A DNA stretch of 64,000 nucleotides from Craspedostauros australis (taxonomy: Eukaryota), in assembly GCA_030167865.1 (NCBI GenBank), contig JALAGF010006190.1, positions 1 through 64,000 on the forward strand. Reading direction: 5' to 3'. Both the position numbers and the translations under genes were made by a program. The notes under the pieces are model-generated. The model did no database searches and was not told the DNA's origin. It saw only the letters and a list, made by a program, of their open reading frames with translations. Shown here piece by piece: positions 59,601-64,000 of this stretch (position 1 is its first letter; each line of letters begins with the position of its first letter).

Positions 59601-62600
59601 CTGCATGGATCCTCTGAATTCCGTGGTGATCCCTCAGGCTCTTCAACACTTTGCCTGCGATGGCATCCAGCGATGCCTTCTCGGATCTCGATCTGCTTGA
59701 GGATCCCAGGCCAAGGGCCTGCTTTACCAACTCATGATCAGTCGGCATGAACGTCGATGATGTTCCATGTCCCGGAAGATCGATCGAAACGATGGACCAT
59801 TGTCCCGCCAACCTTTCTGCGAGGAGCTGCGCTGTCGCGTCCCACTCTTCGGCATCACCCATCCAACCGTGAAGCAACACCATGGTTTTCGCATCAGCTG
59901 CATCAGCCGTACCCACATTGTGGGAGGCGTCTTCCATCTCATGCAAATACCACCTTGCCCGCGCTTCGTACTTCTCGTTGATTCCATCTGGACGATCCAG
60001 GAACGACGCGATGGAATCAATCACTTTGGCTTGGATGGCTCTGTGAACAGCTGTGTTCACGTCTCTTGGAGCAACAACGATCTCCACAACCGTGTCATCT
60101 GTGCGATTGGGTTGGCGTTGGAAACTACTGCGAAGTGCGTCCAGGTCTTCCGCAACCTCGTAGTTGATGCCGAACGCTTCTGCAGACTTCGCAAACGAAA
60201 ATGTCCGCGTCGGGGTTCCGAAGTACTCGTCGAATCCGACATCGCTCCCGTGCTTTGCGACTGGCAGGAACGAAAATATCCCACCTCCATCATTGTTGAT
60301 GACGATAGTTGTCAACGGATGACGCTGCTGCGTGTTTGTGTCTCGAGACATCCTTGATGTTTTGAGGCCATGGAACGAATTGATATCGTGAAGCGCGGCT
60401 ACGTCCCCGATCATCAGCATTACTGGTTCGTCGGCACCATCCGAGAACCCCGTCGCCGATGCTATGATTCCGTCGATGCCACTTGCGCCGCGGTTAATGG
60501 CCACCTGTCCAATCGGGCAATTCTCCATGAGCTCATCCGGGTACAGGAACGACTCCGCGTCTCTGACTGGCATCGAGTTGGAGAGAAACAACGACGTTTG
60601 TGGTATCACATTGGTTGACAACATCGAGGATAGCATCGTGGCAATCTGAGGCTCTGTAATCACATGCTCGGGCAAGTGGAATTCGGCAAACACTTCGCGA
60701 GCAGCGTTGTCGATGATCGGGCCCATCTCCTTGCGAAGATGATGCCCTAGTCTGACAAGTGAAGACAGTTCGCTGTGTGCCTGCAGCTTGTGCTCACGAA
60801 GAAATCTTTGGGTGTCTCCCAGTAGCGGTAATATTTCGGCAGAGAACCGATGAGTGACGGTGTAGTCCGGATCTCTTCTCTCCGATTCGTGATGTGGCAG
60901 CACGAGGACGTGATTGATGTGATGACCACGCCGCAAAGTCATTTCGATCATACTCGACACTTCTGTGGAAATGAGAGGGGATCCAATTTGTAGCACCAGA
61001 TCAGGGTTCAGATTATCCTTGATTGTTGGCGTTCTCAGCAGATGTTCTGCGTACGGGATGACTGATGGACTGATGAACCGGAGCATGCCGCTTTGCACCC
61101 CAGCGATAATAGGAAAACCGGTTGCTTCTGCAAACTCAGAGATCGTCCGATGAATCTCTTCGTGAGAAACCCCATGGCCTTCGTTGCATTCAACACGCAG
61201 GGTCCCAACAACGATGATTCCGCGTGATGATTGTTGAATGAGTTGCGACATATCAATCGCTGTCTGGCGACTCTGATCCTGTCCTGATGTCGCAGGGGAA
61301 TGGTACCACCTTTTGCCACTGTGAAGCCACCGTTGGAATCCTGGTGCGTCGGTGAAGCGCAGTCCGTTAAATCCTGTGCTCGGCTTGATCCTGTTGTCGT
61401 TCCTGATATCTCCAGCGTCAGGCGCCAGGTTCTCGCGGAACTGGATGTTAATGTGCACAGGCCCGCGTGCTGTTCTCGAGACACGCACTGCATGAGCTGC
61501 GTCGCTAAGGGCGGTTGCGACTGACATATCGTCTGTCGGTGGGATCACATCTCGGAACCAGCGTACGTAAGAAGGCGAGAACATGTTCACTTGGTCGATT
61601 GCCTGATTTGCTCCGGTGTCGCGGCTTTCGTATGGGCGATCTGCCGTGACGAGAATGATTGGCAGACCGTCCATGCTGGCCTCAACGACTCCTGGATACA
61701 GATTCGCAACGGCAGTTCCGCTGGAGGTGACGACCACTGCAGGATGACCGGAACCGCGGGTGAAGCCCACTGCTCGGAATGCTGCACCTCTCTCATCGTG
61801 GATACTGACAGCGCGAATTTGGCCAACCCGGTACCTCATTGCTCTCGAGATGGCGGCAACGAGCGGAGTCGACCTTGATCCTGGGCAGATGTAAAACATG
61901 GTGATTCCGTTGCGGATGAGCTCCTCGACAAAGGCCGTGGCCCATGCCGAGTTCGGTGTGGGCATGCTGTGGAGTGCAAGAGGAGACTGCGGGAATATTG
62001 AGGACACCACCCCGAGCTTGTACGACGTCTCCGTCCACTCTCCTTGGACCGTCGAACCAGGGACAATGCCTGCACCGGCGTATAAATGGGCTCGTGCTGG
62101 ACTGCGACTCAAGATGCCAGGTAGAGATTGCTGGCTGGGAGCCCTCCTTAGCAAGGCGGATCTGATGGCAACTACAACCTCCGCGGAGTCCTTTCCAATG
62201 AAACCAACCGGTCCAGAGTAAAACCCTCGATCAAGCCCTGTCGCCTCGTTGTTTCTGATGTAATCGAGCGCCTCGTGTTGTGGAAATCCACACAATGCTG
62301 GTGTTGGGTGAAGTTCCTGAAGAAGCAGCCGCATGGCATCTGATGCGACGACATTCGAAGCCAAGTCGCTCTCGAATTGCTGGCATATGTGTTGCAGGTG
62401 AAGCAAACGCCTCACAAGGAACTTCTCGCGGATCTCCGCCGTCGGATTGTCATCATCATCTTGTTGATGCCCAGCCTTTGCGTCCGGATGGTTCACATCC
62501 GTGGGAGATTGTCTCAGGTAGCCACCGTCTCGCAATCGCAAAAAAGCCGAACGCACGAAGTCGGCGACAATTTGGTTCTCGTGTGCATCCTTGGAGGATT

Positions 62601-64000
62601 CGAAAAGCTCGCGCGCGAGGGATTTGTCTGCTTCAGCCGTGGACCCTCTCGGACGTGTGCCTGCCAATGCTTCTGATGTCACGCGCCCAGATATAGTGAC
62701 AGAGAAGAGTCTCTCGGGGGTGCAACCAAGGAACTCATTTTGCGATTTACTCGGCTTGATGTAAAAGTAGTGGCCTCCAGGCGGGGCGGAGCTGAATTTC
62801 CACGTCTTCAATAAGTCCAAGCCGTTCCAGTTTTCTGAGAACGAAGCCTTGGCAGTTTCGAATTCCAAATCCAACCGGCGCGCCAGCACCACTTTCTCGA
62901 TGGTTGTCAGGTTGGTCTGCGGTCGCTCCATCGTCTCGATCGCTCTCGCAACGATGTCATCATACCACTCCTGCCCGTCGACATCGAATCCGTATTCTCT
63001 GGGGTGATCTGTGAGCCGCTGCATGATGGGTGGCAAGGTCGTCGTCGTGACGGCTCTCGTGACGTGGCTGCTGAGACGATGCAGTAGCTCTTTGGCGCGC
63101 TTCGCTGATCGAGAAAAGGAATCATCTCCGGGTCGCCGTACGAGATGGACTGACAGGACGTACTGCTGCTGTTGTTGTTGTTGCTGCTGCTCAGGTAGAA
63201 GTCGGATTTGTTCGGAGCTTGCAGCCTCGTCTCCTACAAGTACATCGTGCATGGCGTTGGAAGACCTCGTCTTGTCGGGCGACACCCGACGCAATTCTAC
63301 GGCGGGTAGAATCCATAGGGCATCACCAAAGTCGCCCCACTCCTCAGATGCTACGCATGAGTGGTCAATGTCGAATCTCTGACCTCCGTACATGTATGCA
63401 TTCGGCGGAAGCTCATTGATATCGTTCCAGAAATCGTCGGATGAAGCTGGCGCACGTATCTGATGCGCAGCTCCGATAACAGCAGCTTCGAAACTCTTCT
63501 CTGCTGTTTGAAAGTACATGATAGGGAGCTCCTGAACTGCATCGCCATGGACAGGGTTTTCTCGAACCTGCGCATCCAACCAACAAAGCGGATCTATATG
63601 ATGCGAGACCGGGTGGCTTATTCTCAGCATGCGTGTTTCGGGGTCGACGATGTGATGGTGGCCGGCAATCCAACTTTGATCGGTATCCTCTTTTTGGATC
63701 GGCATCTGCATCGGCATCTGTATGCGATCAAGAGCGAGCATCAGGGTGTCCAAACATTCTCGCATGGATGATGATTTCCACGGGGACTCGTGAAGCTCCT
63801 GCGCATCTGGGAAGATGATTTGGTGCGGAGAGAGCTCTCTTCCAGCCCTGATTGATGGGTCGTCCCTGGCGATGCCTGTGGACGCTGCAGACTCCCACCG
63901 CTTCTGCGCGCTTCCATCCAATCCATTTTGCGTCGCCTCATCGAGGCACCGGCCCGCTCTGTTGGGGTTGAGGCTGCACGGTTGGATTCTGCGTCGACTG
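56665..64000 (-). CDS. PHYLLO: PHYLLO-like multifunctional phylloquinone enzyme: MenF-MenD-MenH-MenC plus a C-terminal START/SRPBCC domain (5' end beyond the window)
   Basis: Uninterrupted frame of more than 2418 aa, open to position 64000. MenF: KVVLAR, TPERL, ALAGT, HPTPALCG, YAGAGIV. MenD: CPGSRSTPL, DERGAAF, TSSGTAVAN, NRGASGIDG, GDVAALHD, NNDGGGIF. MenH: LHGWMG, DLPGHG, GYSLGGR, GH. MenC: KVKIG, DANRAW, EEP, DES, KPS. Tail: RWSPWISSV...IRWESVSGLKNTG. Confidence 0.95.
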   Translation of the reverse strand, partial: SRRRIQPCSLNPNRAGRCLDEATQNGLDGSAQKRWESAASTGIARDDPSIRAGRELSPHQIIFPDAQELHESPWKSSSMRECLDTLMLALDRIQMPMQMPIQKEDTDQSWIAGHHHIVDPETRMLRISHPVSHHIDPLCWLDAQVRENPVHGDAVQELPIMYFQTAEKSFEAAVIGAAHQIRAPASSDDFWNDINELPPNAYMYGGQRFDIDHSCVASEEWGDFGDALWILPAVELRRVSPDKTRSSNAMHDVLVGDEAASSEQIRLLPEQQQQQQQQQYVLSVHLVRRPGDDSFSRSAKRAKELLHRLSSHVTRAVTTTTLPPIMQRLTDHPREYGFDVDGQEWYDDIVARAIETMERPQTNLTTIEKVVLARRLDLEFETAKASFSENWNGLDLLKTWKFSSAPPGGHYFYIKPSKSQNEFLGCTPERLFSVTISGRVTSEALAGTRPRGSTAEADKSLARELFESSKDAHENQIVADFVRSAFLRLRDGGYLRQSPTDVNHPDAKAGHQQDDDDNPTAEIREKFLVRRLLHLQHICQQFESDLASNVVASDAMRLLLQELHPTPALCGFPQHEALDYIRNNEATGLDRGFYSGPVGFIGKDSAEVVVAIRSALLRRAPSQQSLPGILSRSPARAHLYAGAGIVPGSTVQGEWTETSYKLGVVSSIFPQSPLALHSMPTPNSAWATAFVEELIRNGITMFYICPGSRSTPLVAAISRAMRYRVGQIRAVSIHDERGAAFRAVGFTRGSGHPAVVVTSSGTAVANLYPGVVEASMDGLPIILVTADRPYESRDTGANQAIDQVNMFSPSYVRWFRDVIPPTDDMSVATALSDAAHAVRVSRTARGPVHINIQFRENLAPDAGDIRNDNRIKPSTGFNGLRFTDAPGFQRWLHSGKRWYHSPATSGQDQSRQTAIDMSQLIQQSSRGIIVVGTLRVECNEGHGVSHEEIHRTISEFAEATGFPIIAGVQSGMLRFISPSVIPYAEHLLRTPTIKDNLNPDLVLQIGSPLISTEVSSMIEMTLRRGHHINHVLVLPHHESERRDPDYTVTHRFSAEILPLLGDTQRFLREHKLQAHSELSSLVRLGHHLRKEMGPIIDNAAREVFAEFHLPEHVITEPQIATMLSSMLSTNVIPQTSLFLSNSMPVRDAESFLYPDELMENCPIGQVAINRGASGIDGIIASATGFSDGADEPVMLMIGDVAALHDINSFHGLKTSRMSRDTNTQQRHPLTTIVINNDGGGIFSFLPVAKHGSDVGFDEYFGTPTRTFSFAKSAEAFGINYEVAEDLDALRSSFQRQPNRTDDTVVEIVVAPRDVNTAVHRAIQAKVIDSIASFLDRPDGINEKYEARARWYLHEMEDASHNVGTADAADAKTMVLLHGWMGDAEEWDATAQLLAERLAGQWSIVSIDLPGHGTSSTFMPTDHELVKQALGLGSSSRSRSEKASLDAIAGKVLKSLRDHHGIQRIHAVAGYSLGGRVALAMQRIEASQTSPLSQKLLSADCKLMLLGSYPGAFDSLSEVSSSTLRKQQDQASQRVAADVELANAIVRRTERFYMSDRKPSAAASLWTDLVESWYSAKLWGNLFSSGLAYRDLVTKRIASLTTRGLSIAAVLEGCTPPKNALYDWTFCHPDRTLFMSGQLDRKYSSLGSNWATQNNGPYHTVVPGCGHALLVQAPVDVADNIFTFVSNEYGDTKNCSQTFGLLQQDESIAPKAAGVPSSLRSSVTSRPSRQDQDLIAAIDGVEFEAFALPMYDTDRKEGAVFGVGWGKGAAPETPSGLSSRSGFIVQLFSSSEHKKVGIGEASALPGLHRESMDDVRDQLDEISEKISKMGANHAPNFSATRILSMDGAVDIYLSELCDALGIERLLPVVKAGFEMALLSLASQLTGKPLHEALLVHSPFSTSGRDAVPMLALNGIITRGVQESGRAIDSAKSQRYASMKVKIGHQDTERDFESVILALQLSRRSSSRTGMVRLDANRAWSMDGATQFIDILGKIEPATLQRIEYIEEPIVRNSVWDLEAHVSSLEAFHRATNVSYALDESLVDLANQRGGDFSLMFSDLQKVFSTSNRGCAAFVLKPSVLGMELSAMLARAGRQQLGIGAVFTSTFESGIGLAYVSLLASVSDMSPTAGASENGKAMPDVATDYPHGLGTFSLLADDILSPAFGSYVNENGYLNVVSISRALYGLRLDELRDSKDFLVPSSKVRSHMEATTSRAPTNELDLVDVTSMTSSAGSGRGSGESPSSEFMLQQYEVSTSTSDGGRSMSVSVSLPLPFSAETACSRFIDLPQLPRWSPWISSVKYIEDGRETEWTLNVRGFTFRWRARSSLLEAPLKGIRWESVSGLKNTGIVEFLPGEQSSCLMRVQMEIVTPRILSYLFPENGSFFEEFIKNKLMKWSLEMFRDVVKGDLALEKGDVELGDALFGAVEGKATAIEAALALSTDQKAEE

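Noticed and set aside
1..64000. tRNA, rRNA, CRISPR arrays, riboswitches, autonomous transposons
   Set aside because: None recognised by eye. tRNAscan-SE and Infernal would be needed to exclude them formally.

Overview
Eukaryotic, intron-containing nuclear DNA, most consistent with a diatom/ochrophyte. The evidence is ASAFAP-type bipartite plastid presequences, two plastid class II aldolases, a mitochondrial-presequence enolase, a type III metacaspase and a PHYLLO fusion. The species cannot be determined from the sequence alone. About 18 protein genes can be supported: tandem pyruvate kinases, two plastid FBA II paralogues, RPL13, a VWA protein, ORMDL, CCT2, cofilin, RPLP1, a single-ORF UvrB-UvrC fusion, a CLC-family protein, a Cys-rich type I membrane protein, a type III metacaspase, enolase, MenB ending in SKL, a divergent IscU/NifU-N-like protein and a very long MenF-MenD-MenH-MenC-START fusion that runs off the right edge. 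The most notable items are: (1) the bacterial-type UvrB-UvrC fusion with a probable organellar presequence and apparent loss of both UVR interaction motifs; (2) the phylloquinone fusion with an extra C-terminal START/SRPBCC domain, next to a PTS1-tagged menB; (3) an IscU-like protein between them; (4) a piggyBac-like MITE with ATAT target-site duplication; (5) a 9-nt microexon in RPLP1; (6) five glycolysis/Calvin enzymes within 46 kb. Exon boundaries were read by eye from GT/AG sites and reading-frame continuity. No database searches were run.
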